Shown here: positions 9,351-17,031 of the stretch, one piece after another
Position numbering within the stretch: the first letter of the stretch is position 1
How the letters are laid out: every line of letters starts with the position of its first letter
IMG/VR virus record: IMGVR_UViG_3300023116_000031
Span: 9,823-73,822 of that record
DNA length: 64,000 nt
Origin: a virus
Strand: one strand, 5' to 3'
Translations under genes and position numbers: made by a program
Notes under the pieces: generated by a model
Seen by the model: only the letters and a program-made list of their open reading frames with translations
Told to the model about the DNA's origin: nothing
Databases searched by the model: none

Positions 9351-9692
9351 ATGATGAAAGAAGAAATCCTCGGTCGCCTCGCGGTCCTGATCGGTCGTAT
9401 TGACGAGAAGCTCGTCGCCTATTACGCGAAAACCTATGACTTCGTTGAGCCGCCCGAGCTGCGGGTCCGTCTGGGGCGCCGCTACGCCAAGATCGTGCGG
9501 ACCGGTGCTGGGCGTGGCGAATCGGTCTACTTCTTCGTAGACCTCGACAACGGCGACCTGCTGAAGGCTGCGTCCTACAAGGCCCCTGCGAAGGGCGCTC
9601 GGGCCTCGCTGTTCGACGACGATCTGGGCATCTCTGCTGTGGGCCCGCACGGTGCGGGCTACGCTGGTGTCAACTACGATGGAGCATGGTGA
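9351..9692 (+). CDS. Conserved phage early protein (GRRYAKI...FVD..NGDLLKAASYKAPAK family)
   Basis: Motif recalled from many phage hypothetical proteins. Confidence 0.7.
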   Translation: MMKEEILGRLAVLIGRIDEKLVAYYAKTYDFVEPPELRVRLGRRYAKIVRTGAGRGESVYFFVDLDNGDLLKAASYKAPAKGARASLFDDDLGISAVGPHGAGYAGVNYDGAW

Positions 9693-9874
9693 TGGGTGAG
9701 TATGATGAAATGACGGCTGAAGAGCTGCTGGCTGAGATTCGGCTCGTTCAAGGCATTCTGGAGTTCGAGACGGGTTTCGCGGCTGAGACGATGGAAGCCT
9801 TCTCGGAGGTTCTGGGCGAGCTGATCGAAGCACATCGGCTGAGGGCTGCTGGCGAGACGGCAGAGGGGTTCTGA
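9686..9874 (+). CDS. Small acidic hypothetical protein
   Basis: ORF track; overlaps previous stop. Confidence 0.5.
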   Translation: MVMGEYDEMTAEELLAEIRLVQGILEFETGFAAETMEAFSEVLGELIEAHRLRAAGETAEGF

Positions 9875-10135
9875 CGGCTTTCGGTATACTTGTTAGTCGT
9901 AGCGCGCTCTGCGCGCGTAGAACGGCTTTCGGCAGTATATTGTTATAATACCGCCTGGGACTCCTAGCCGCTAGACCCCCCCAATACAATGGGGGAGAGG
10001 GTTAGCGTGAATGCCGGAATCAAAATTTTTTCCGGCACCCCAGCACACCCCCAGACCTTTACGCGCGCTGCGCGCGCTACATTAACGAAGTTCCTTACCT
10101 TACCCTTCACCTTCCCACCTTCCCACAAAGGAAAC
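9870..10135. repeat. Structured non-coding region with the right arm of the 28-bp inverted repeat (candidate origin)
   Basis: ACGGCTTTCGG x2; GTAGCGCGC-N3-GCGCGCGTA ~9899; hairpins CCCCC..GGGGG and TGCCGGAA..TTCCGGCA; right arm 10055-10082; pyrimidine tract with CCTTAC/CCTTCCCA repeats. Confidence 0.65.
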
Positions 10136-10326
10136 ACATCGTTATGAACGAACTGAAAGCATACAAGCAAGCTCTCCACCTCGCGCTCAAGACGCTCGCT
10201 GAGACTGAACTGGCTCCCACCGAGGCTCTGCTCGACCTTGAACAGGCTGTCGCGTTTCTCGAATACAAATATAATTTTACCTCGGAAAATTTCTGCGGTA
10301 GTCTTTCGTCGGAAGACTTCTGAAAA

Positions 10327-10659
10327 ATGGCAAAACGAAAGATGTGGAAAGAGGGCTCGAAGGAATACTCCCTTCACGAGTCGGGATCGCTCGCGATTAC
10401 GGTAAAGCTGAAGAGCATCAACTCTGCTCTGATGGTTATCGTAAATACGGCTACGAACCCTCCGCAATATGATAGTGGAGCATGGTGGCCACTTCGGCTC
10501 GATGGCGGATTTTCAGCGGAGCCTGTCGAGTTTGGCTACACCCCCGGAGAGCCTGGCTCTGCATGGCCGTGGAATTGTCTGTCAGAGGAAGACGAGGCTT
10601 TGGTTGACGATCTGGTGACAGAGGTTGGTTGCATGTTGTTTGATCATCAAAGGAGTTGA
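10327..10659 (+). CDS. Hypothetical early protein
   Basis: ORF track. Confidence 0.55.
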   Translation: MAKRKMWKEGSKEYSLHESGSLAITVKLKSINSALMVIVNTATNPPQYDSGAWWPLRLDGGFSAEPVEFGYTPGEPGSAWPWNCLSEEDEALVDDLVTEVGCMLFDHQRS

Positions 10660-10787
10660 TTGAGAATGGACCTTTACATTTTTCTTGGTGTTGTTTCGTG
10701 GTTTGTTCTTTCACTTGTCTTCGGTGTTTTCATCGGTGGGCTTTTGAAAAGAAATTCTGATTACTATGATGTAGTAGGAGAGGAGGA

Positions 10788-11030
10788 GTGATGGCTATGG
10801 GCGAGAAACGAAGGTTTTCTGTGGTGTGGAGAGAATATCGAGATTGCGAAGCGGTGATCGAAGCAGACTCGATCGAGGAAGCGGAGGCAATGATTGTCGA
10901 TGATGATGGCGACTTGGTGTCCGCAGCCGAGATGGAATCTGTGGTGGAGGAGCTGTGGCGCAGCGATCTGTTCGTTGAGTCTGGTTCAGAGTTTCTCGAT
11001 GAGATTGTGGAGGAGGATGACGATGAGTGA
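10788..11030 (+). CDS. Acidic hypothetical protein
   Basis: Strong RBS GGAGAGGAGG; very acidic. Confidence 0.55.
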   Translation: MMAMGEKRRFSVVWREYRDCEAVIEADSIEEAEAMIVDDDGDLVSAAEMESVVEELWRSDLFVESGSEFLDEIVEEDDDE

Positions 11031-11332
11031 CAGCAGGCTCGAAATCTTTGAAGAACTGGCTGATCATGCAGAATCTCTGGAGGAGGTTCTGGTTCGCATG
11101 TGCGAGCTGGTCTCGGACCTGGAGATGAGCATCAACGAGGATGAGAGGCTTCGCTCGGAAAGTCGATTGTTTGAGTTTGCGAGTGAGGCTGCAAGGATGG
11201 TTCAGGAGGGTCGATAGCGATGGAAAATGAAGTGGTCAAAGAAATCTTGGCTCCGTTGGAGGAGGCTCTCGATCAGGTGCGTTCGGACCTTTTGAGGTTG
11301 TTTGCAAAGATGTTTGAGGAGGACTGAGAAAA

Positions 11333-11881
11333 ATGGCGGCAGGGCGTCGATACCATAGGGCGGTTGGATACTGCGAAAATAGTGACTGTGTGCAGAAGCA
11401 TCGCGGAGTGTTTCTTCTGAACAATCCGGGGGAGTTCTATTGCCCGAGTTGTCGAGAGGAGGGGTTCGTCGAATCGGAGGAAGGAAGTTTCTCTGGCAAT
11501 CCAGAGATGTTCAACGAGGTTCGTGTTGAGTTTGATTTTGCTCCTGCGGATCGAACCTATTCAGCCACAGCCATTGTTCGTGATGAGAGCTTGGGTGATG
11601 TGAACCAGCATGGCATTCCGCATGGCGTCTATGTTATTCGATCGCCTTTGGTCAAGACGCATGTTCGCGCATTGAAGGTGGCTGAGTCGGTGCTTTCTAC
11701 TCTGAGCGTCTATGGCGGGCTGGACGAGAAGAGCGAGCTGCCGAGGTCGAGCGAGGTTCTGCTGAGCTTCGATAAGCCGAGGGCTGAGTTTGCCAAGGAT
11801 CTCGTTCGGCTAGCCGAGAGCTGGGAGGCTGGGCCGAAGGCCAACATCGAAGCGGAGCCGTTCCTTCCCCGAGGGAAGTGA
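11333..11881 (+). CDS. Zn-ribbon-containing hypothetical protein
   Basis: CENSDC...CPSC; RBS GAGGAGG. Confidence 0.65.
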   Translation: MAAGRRYHRAVGYCENSDCVQKHRGVFLLNNPGEFYCPSCREEGFVESEEGSFSGNPEMFNEVRVEFDFAPADRTYSATAIVRDESLGDVNQHGIPHGVYVIRSPLVKTHVRALKVAESVLSTLSVYGGLDEKSELPRSSEVLLSFDKPRAEFAKDLVRLAESWEAGPKANIEAEPFLPRGK

Positions 11882-11919
11882 AACCGAAAAAACGTAGCGA
11901 AAACAGGGAGTTAGCCGGT

Positions 11920-12075
11920 TCAAACTATTTTTCGCCCTCGCCGGTTCTACGGGGTCCACAAAAAATAGTCTAAAACCCCTTTAAAATCAAGGGGTTCCCG
12001 AGGGGACAAGGCTTTACTTTTTGGCTGAACTGTCCGATAATATAAGTGTAGTGAGAAAAAAGGAGTTCCCGAGAA
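11920..12075 (+). promoter_or_regulatory. Early promoter cassette 3 (repeat copy B)
   Basis: ACTATTTTT...AAAAATAGT stem; 39-bp core 11958-11996; TTTACT-N17-GATAAT 12013-12041. Confidence 0.75.
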
Positions 12076-12257
12076 TGGTTGACGGTTGGATTGCGTTCTA
12101 CAAAGGAAAGAGCGTCGAGATTCCGCGCGACGATAGCTTGCCCGATCTTTGGGCAGTCAAGCTCCGCGCGATCGAGTTGCTGAACGTGCCCAAGTCTGGG
12201 CGAGGGCTGCTGGCCATTGCTCCGGCCTACAACGAGGAGAACACTGAGAATGAGTGA
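12075..12257 (+). CDS. Small early protein, paralog of 12390..12575
   Basis: MVDGWIAFYKGK...VPKSGRGLLAIAP. Confidence 0.7.
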   Translation: MVDGWIAFYKGKSVEIPRDDSLPDLWAVKLRAIELLNVPKSGRGLLAIAPAYNEENTENE

Positions 12258-12387
12258 AGAGCTGGAAGAGTTGAAACGAACCGTCGAGGCTCTTCGTGAA
12301 GAGCGCGAGTGGCTTCTGAATGAGCTTGCTCGTTTCGTAAACTGGTGTGCCAAGAATCATGGTGCCTGCAACAGTGAGGAAAACTGA
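12250..12387 (+). CDS. Small coiled-coil protein, paralog of the N-terminus of 12578..12979
   Basis: Hand translation MSEELEELKRTVEALREEREWLLNELARF..., 45 aa. Confidence 0.6.
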   Translation: MSEELEELKRTVEALREEREWLLNELARFVNWCAKNHGACNSEEN

Positions 12388-12389
12388 GA

Positions 12390-12575
12390 ATGAGTGATGG
12401 ATGGAAAATGGAAGGATGGATCGCAATTTATAAGGGAAAGCGGATCGAGATTCGCTTGGACGAAACCGATAGTCTCTGGGGCGCGGAGCAGATTGCCATC
12501 GAGCGGCTTAGGGTTCCGAAGAGTAAACGAGGTCTGCTGGCAATCGCTCCCGGCTACAGTGAGGAGAACGGCTGA
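12390..12575 (+). CDS. Small early protein, paralog of 12075..12257
   Basis: MEGWIAIYKGK...VPKSKRGLLAIAP. Confidence 0.7.
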   Translation: MSDGWKMEGWIAIYKGKRIEIRLDETDSLWGAEQIAIERLRVPKSKRGLLAIAPGYSEENG

Positions 12576-12577
12576 GA

Positions 12578-12979
12578 ATGATTGAAGAACTGAAAGGAAT
12601 CGTCAAGGATCTTCGCGAAGAACGCGAGCGGATTCTGGGTGTGCTTGATCGTTTTGCGATGCCTGCGGGCAGGGGAAAGAGGAAAACTGAAATGAGTGAT
12701 GATGTGATTTTTCTGAATAGTGTCGGATCTGCTTTGGTTCGTTCGACGCTTCACGTTTACCCCGTCGAACCCAATGGGCATGTGATCTTCGATCCTTGTC
12801 TCGGCACTCCTTTGGAGAACTGCGAGGCTGAGTGGGTCAATGCGCTCGACGAGACTGACTGGAGCCTGATCGCTGACGCTGCGTATCTCACTGAAGGTGA
12901 GGTTGCGTTTGCCAAAAAGCTCGCGCGCGAGTGGAATGACGAGCCGCTGTTTGCGGCTGATCCTCGCGGAAATGACTGA
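12578..12979 (+). CDS. Hypothetical protein, probably a fusion with an internal start at 12692
   Basis: Internal GAGGAAAACTGAAATG junction resembles the neighbouring gene junctions. Confidence 0.6.
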   Translation: MIEELKGIVKDLREERERILGVLDRFAMPAGRGKRKTEMSDDVIFLNSVGSALVRSTLHVYPVEPNGHVIFDPCLGTPLENCEAEWVNALDETDWSLIADAAYLTEGEVAFAKKLAREWNDEPLFAADPRGND

Positions 12980-12986
12980 GGGAGAA

Positions 12987-13205
12987 ATGAAAGTTCGATT
13001 GATCGGCAAATCGAGACACGGCAAAAACCGTGTTCGTGAACATGGCGAGTTGTGGAATGTCGAAGCAGAGTGCGCGACATTGATTGCTCGACCGGGAGCA
13101 AATGGTCCATTTCTGTTTCTGCGACCAGCAAACGGTTCCGATGATATGCGGTGGGTTGCAGAAAACAACGATCCCAACTTCAACCTTGAGTTTGTGGAGG
13201 ATTGA
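12987..13205 (+). CDS. Small phage protein (GKSRHGKNRVREHG family)
   Basis: RBS GGGAGA; motif recalled from phage hypothetical proteins. Confidence 0.6.
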   Translation: MKVRLIGKSRHGKNRVREHGELWNVEAECATLIARPGANGPFLFLRPANGSDDMRWVAENNDPNFNLEFVED

Positions 13206-13208
13206 GAG

Positions 13209-13454
13209 ATGGACATTCCCAACTGGACTGCGACGTGTCCCGAGAACGAGACGGTTCACGCGAAGATCGAGCGAGAACTGCGCGCGAACGTCTACGACGA
13301 CCTGACTCTGGGTCGAGCGATCGGGTTCGCGTTCTACAAGCTGGGTTATCAGAAGTGGCGCGCTGCTCCGTTCGCTGAGTGGGTGATACGGAATCTGGAA
13401 ACGAAGGAACAGTGGGCTGCTCGAATGGGCAGAATTATGGAAGGTAAGGGATGA
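13209..13454 (+). CDS. Hypothetical protein
   Basis: RBS GGAGG. Confidence 0.55.
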   Translation: MDIPNWTATCPENETVHAKIERELRANVYDDLTLGRAIGFAFYKLGYQKWRAAPFAEWVIRNLETKEQWAARMGRIMEGKG

Positions 13455-13918
13455 GGACGATCGACGTTTACAATCGAGAGCAGTTTCGGATGCTCGTGCC
13501 CGATCCCGATATGTGCGTGATTTCCTGCCAGACTCCTCCGACGACGTGGGGAGAGGGGACTCTTTCCGAGATCCCGAATGGCTGGGGTGATACTCTGGTT
13601 CTGGAGTTTCACGACGTGCTTCAACAGTCTTCCCCGGAGATGGTGGTCTTCGATGCGAAGATGGCAGATCGGGTTGTCGATTTCGTTGAGAAGGGAGGTC
13701 GCCGGTTCGTGGTTCACTGCGATGCTGGTCAATCTCGATCGGTGGCAATCGGTCTGTGGTTGAGTCAGTATCACGATTACGACGAGGAGACTCCGATGCG
13801 TCTCCACGCTGCTCCGCATATGGGTGGCTACAACTCGACGGTTCTGCGTGAGCTTCGGCAAGCAGAGAATCGTTACTGGTATGGTGAAGACTATACCGTT
13901 CCAACAGAAGAGGATTGA
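13451..13918 (+). CDS. Protein tyrosine/dual-specificity phosphatase-like
   Basis: P-loop HCDAGQSRS (CX5R) with upstream F.D acid loop. Confidence 0.8.
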   Translation: MRTIDVYNREQFRMLVPDPDMCVISCQTPPTTWGEGTLSEIPNGWGDTLVLEFHDVLQQSSPEMVVFDAKMADRVVDFVEKGGRRFVVHCDAGQSRSVAIGLWLSQYHDYDEETPMRLHAAPHMGGYNSTVLRELRQAENRYWYGEDYTVPTEED

Positions 13919-13921
13919 GAA

Positions 13922-14227
13922 ATGATTTCAGTACGTTCAAATGAATTTCCGAATCGAGGCGAGGTGAGTAATGTTCGGTTCACGTTCGACAACGGGCACT
14001 CTGTTTCACTCGGCGTGTCTGCTTTTCACTACTGCTCTCCGCGCACGCAGCAGGGATTGAACCCTGAGCGTGAAGGCGTGGAGCTTGCGGTCATTCTGGA
14101 AAGCGGAGGATGGGGTACGCGCGAAGCGGTCTACGAGGTTCTGGGATATGATCCCGGTGACGATGTAGCCGCGAATCTCACGGCTGACGAGGTTGCGCGA
14201 ATGATCGCGCACGTTCAGAGTTGGTGA
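13922..14227 (+). CDS. Hypothetical protein (F.NG.SVS family)
   Basis: RBS GAGGA; coupled to neighbours. Confidence 0.6.
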   Translation: MISVRSNEFPNRGEVSNVRFTFDNGHSVSLGVSAFHYCSPRTQQGLNPEREGVELAVILESGGWGTREAVYEVLGYDPGDDVAANLTADEVARMIAHVQSW

Positions 14228-14382
14228 TCAGATGAAGCTCACGAGCAACACGACCAATGACACAATCAAGGCGATCAAGCGTGCTGCTCGTGAGCTTCAC
14301 AAGGATATGCCGGCTGGTGGTCGGCACGGAACGAAAAAGGGCAAGCGTGGCTATACTCGCAAGCCCAAACACAAGAAGGTAA

Positions 14383-14598
14383 ATGATGAGCGATAATGAT
14401 TTTTTCGATTGCGTGATCTGCGAAGAAGATGTTGACCCGCGCCGGGTTGCTCTCGGATACAAGACCTGCCTCGAATGTGGCGGCAGGGTTGCTGAGCAAG
14501 AGCGCGCTCGCAAGGCTCGATCGTCTGCTCCTGCGTTCAACAAGGGTGCGTATATGTATGTTACGAGCCGACGAATGGCTCTCGATGTGGGGAGGTGA
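14383..14598 (+). CDS. DksA/TraR-type C4 zinc-finger protein
   Basis: CVIC-EEDVDPRRVALGYKT-CLEC pattern. Confidence 0.65.
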   Translation: MMSDNDFFDCVICEEDVDPRRVALGYKTCLECGGRVAEQERARKARSSAPAFNKGAYMYVTSRRMALDVGR

Positions 14599-14852
14599 TT
14601 ATGCTAAATAGGCACGAGAGCAAAAGGAGCTTCAATGTGAGAGAGGTCTTTTTGACCATTTGCCCTGAATGCGTGCGCTGGATCATCAACGATGGTCCCA
14701 AAACACGCTCCGGCTCTGACCCCATTGATGCTACCAATACTCCATACAATGACTTGATTGCGTTCGGATTGAAAAACGCAGTAGGAGCCCACCGAGGATT
14801 GACCTCGGTGGTTTTGCATATTGAAGATGAGAGGTGGGTTTGTCGGTTGTAG
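14595..14852 (+). CDS. Hypothetical protein
   Basis: RBS GGAGG; CPEC motif. Confidence 0.45.
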   Translation: MIMLNRHESKRSFNVREVFLTICPECVRWIINDGPKTRSGSDPIDATNTPYNDLIAFGLKNAVGAHRGLTSVVLHIEDERWVCRL

Positions 14853-15097
14853 TAAATGAAGATGTTGCAGTTAGAAGAGGGCAGACAAAACTCGAATCGT
14901 TTTTTGAGCAAGCGGGAGCAACCGTATTTCTATTATGTCTAACTTTCTTTACCGCTCAATTCATCGTCTATCCTCTATTCGATGTTCCAATATCATCAGC
15001 ACAAAACGTGGGCGTGACGCTTTGGTTCGCGTGCCAGAATACGACCATTCGATATATAATACGAAGACGTGTCGAAAGGCAGCTCAAGCTACAATGA
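14834..15097 (+). CDS. Small membrane protein (QTKLESFFE family)
   Basis: Two hydrophobic segments; R.Y.IRR C-terminal motif. Confidence 0.6.
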   Translation: MGLSVVVNEDVAVRRGQTKLESFFEQAGATVFLLCLTFFTAQFIVYPLFDVPISSAQNVGVTLWFACQNTTIRYIIRRRVERQLKLQ

Positions 15098-15258
15098 TGC
15101 TTGGTTGTCTTTTTCTCTTTGGTTGTGCTGAGTTGAATGGAAGAACCGCAAAATGGGTTCGCGATGACTGCATCAATTATGAGATATACGAAGATGTCCG
15201 CGTTTGTACGGACGGCAACAATGCGATGGTTCAGATGCAGTTTTAGCGGAGGCGGTTT

Positions 15259-15585
15259 ATGGCAGTAATGAAGGACATCAGGATTGACATGGAAGGGTTG
15301 ACTGAAGAGAAGTGGCGGAAAATACTCAAGCGTGTCGAACGGCGTGTGACAGAAGCAAAAACAGAGAGAGAGCGTCGTAGCAGACCTTACGTCAGCAGTG
15401 TGGATGCTGAGGCAATCGCATCCCATAACGAGTTCCTTGAGAGATACAGAGCAATACTGGCAAATCGTGCTGCCATGGTCGAGTCCGAAGCATCAGCGTG
15501 GGGTGTGTATTCTATGTTCGGAATACCTCCGGCTGAATACGAAGACGATGACGACGATGACGATTTGGAAACAGAGGATAGGTAA
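15259..15585 (+). CDS. Hypothetical protein with acidic tail
   Basis: RBS GGAGG. Confidence 0.55.
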   Translation: MAVMKDIRIDMEGLTEEKWRKILKRVERRVTEAKTERERRSRPYVSSVDAEAIASHNEFLERYRAILANRAAMVESEASAWGVYSMFGIPPAEYEDDDDDDDLETEDR

Positions 15586-15701
15586 ATGAGCGAAGAAGCA
15601 CTTTTGATCCATGCCATTTGGATCTTCATTGTTGTTTACGCTGCTGTTGTTTTTCGGAATGCGTGAGTGAGGAGAAAATCTAAATACCAATATACACCAC
15701 T

Positions 15702-16463
15702 ATGGGAGGTTGGATAGTGACCAAACGTGAGCGCCGGCGAATGCGAAAAGCTGAACGTCAACTGCAACTCGTAGGATCAGTAGAACCATTAGAAAAGGAA
15801 AAGCCACAAAGAAGATCAAAGAAAGTGGAAATCAAACCACGGAACTTCAGGCAGCGGCGACTGCTCGCTGCGCTGAACAACGAGGACAATTCAATCGTCC
15901 TCGCGACCGGTCCTGCTGGAACCGGCAAAACCCTCCTGGCGACATTGCACGCCATTAAGGCGCTTCAAGAGAAGACGATCCGAAAGATCGTGATCACGCG
16001 CCCCGCCGTATCGGTTGAGGAACAACATGGCTTCCTCCCCGGCGACATCAATGACAAAATGATGCCATGGCTCATGCCAATCATCGACGTGTTCGAGGAG
16101 TATTATCATCCAGAACAGGTCAAACAGATGATCAAGGATAAGGTCATCGAGGTTGCTCCGCTCGCGTACATGCGTGGACGAACCTTCAAGGATGCCATCG
16201 TCATTCTCGACGAAGCCCAGAACACAACCCCATCCCAAATGAAAATGATTACCACTCGCCTCGGCGATAACTGTCGCTTGTTTATTACGGGCGATGGCGA
16301 TCAATACGATCGAGGTTATGCGAGGAATGGGCTTGGAGACTTTGCCGATCGGTTGCGAGCATACGGCTCGGATCATATTGCCGTTGTGGCATTTGATTCC
16401 GGTGATGTCGAGCGCGCGCCAATCGTGGCTGAGGTGCTGGCGCTCTACGCCGAAGAAGGTTGA
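15702..16463 (+). CDS. phoH: PhoH-family ATPase
   Basis: GPAGTGKT, ITRPAV, GFLPGD, PLAYMRGRTF, ILDEAQN, TGD..Q. Confidence 0.95.
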   Translation: MGGWIVTKRERRRMRKAERQLQLVGSVEPLEKEKPQRRSKKVEIKPRNFRQRRLLAALNNEDNSIVLATGPAGTGKTLLATLHAIKALQEKTIRKIVITRPAVSVEEQHGFLPGDINDKMMPWLMPIIDVFEEYYHPEQVKQMIKDKVIEVAPLAYMRGRTFKDAIVILDEAQNTTPSQMKMITTRLGDNCRLFITGDGDQYDRGYARNGLGDFADRLRAYGSDHIAVVAFDSGDVERAPIVAEVLALYAEEG

Positions 16464-16479
16464 TCCCCGGCGTACCCCG

Positions 16480-16695
16480 GAGAGCCCTACCGATCGACGA
16501 GCCGCGCAAGACGGCTCGCGGTCGGCTCGCGTCGGGGGCCGCCGCAACCCCTTGATTTTATTACGCTTTTCGGCATCTGCCGTAAGTGCTTGATTTTGTT
16601 TATGTTTTCGGTTTATGAAAAATGACTCCCGGTCACGAAAAATCGACATTCCCCGAGGGGAAACCCATTGACTTCCGACCTCAGGTTGCTACCTT
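16480..16695 (+). promoter_or_regulatory. Early promoter cassette 4
   Basis: GC hairpin CGAGCCG..CGGCTCG; IHF consensus (reverse strand) 16545-16557 and 16583-16595; TGAC-N5-GTCA 16623; TTCCCCGAGGGGAA 16649; TTGACT-N16-TACCTT 16668-16695. Confidence 0.7.
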
Positions 16696-16724
16696 TACGC
16701 AGTAACAAAAAAGAGGTGTGTCGC

Positions 16725-16913
16725 ATGACCGATTCCAGAGAGACCGTTGCCGAGTTCCTTTCCCGTGGGGGAAAGATCACCCGAGGGAAAACCCGCAAGG
16801 CGAACGGCTTTGCTTCCCTGACCACCGGCGTCCGCGTCGGCTCGACCAAGTGTCGCGGTCGGGAGATGGCGATCCGGGCTGCGGTCAAGGTCGAGCGCGC
16901 CGTCAGAAAGTGA
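16725..16913 (+). CDS. Small basic protein (AEFL.RGGKIT motif)
   Basis: RBS GAGG; motif typical of small phage transcription-regulator-like proteins. Confidence 0.6.
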   Translation: MTDSRETVAEFLSRGGKITRGKTRKANGFASLTTGVRVGSTKCRGREMAIRAAVKVERAVRK

Positions 16914-16973
16914 CCGCGAGTCATCTTCTTCCCCCGCAGGGATAGTTGACACTCACTCCTCTGCGCTTATATT
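16911..16973 (+). promoter_or_regulatory. Early promoter cassette 5, upstream of the AAA ATPase
   Basis: TGAC-N5-GTCA 16911-16923; CCCCGCAGGG; TTGACA-N16-TATATT 16946-16973. Confidence 0.65.
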
Positions 16974-17031
16974 TTCCAAAGCTCGCGAGAGTTGCGAGCG
17001 AACCCAAAACCCAAAGTGAGGTATTTTCATC

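Noticed and set aside
9964-10467. 167-aa minus-strand ORF and 215-aa ORF 9342..9989(-)
   Set aside because: They cross the structured non-coding repeat region and oppose better-supported + strand genes
12554-13940. Long minus-strand ORFs (222 and 350 aa)
   Set aside because: Overlap a run of coupled + strand genes with good RBSs; composition is Ser/Arg/Pro-rich shadow-like
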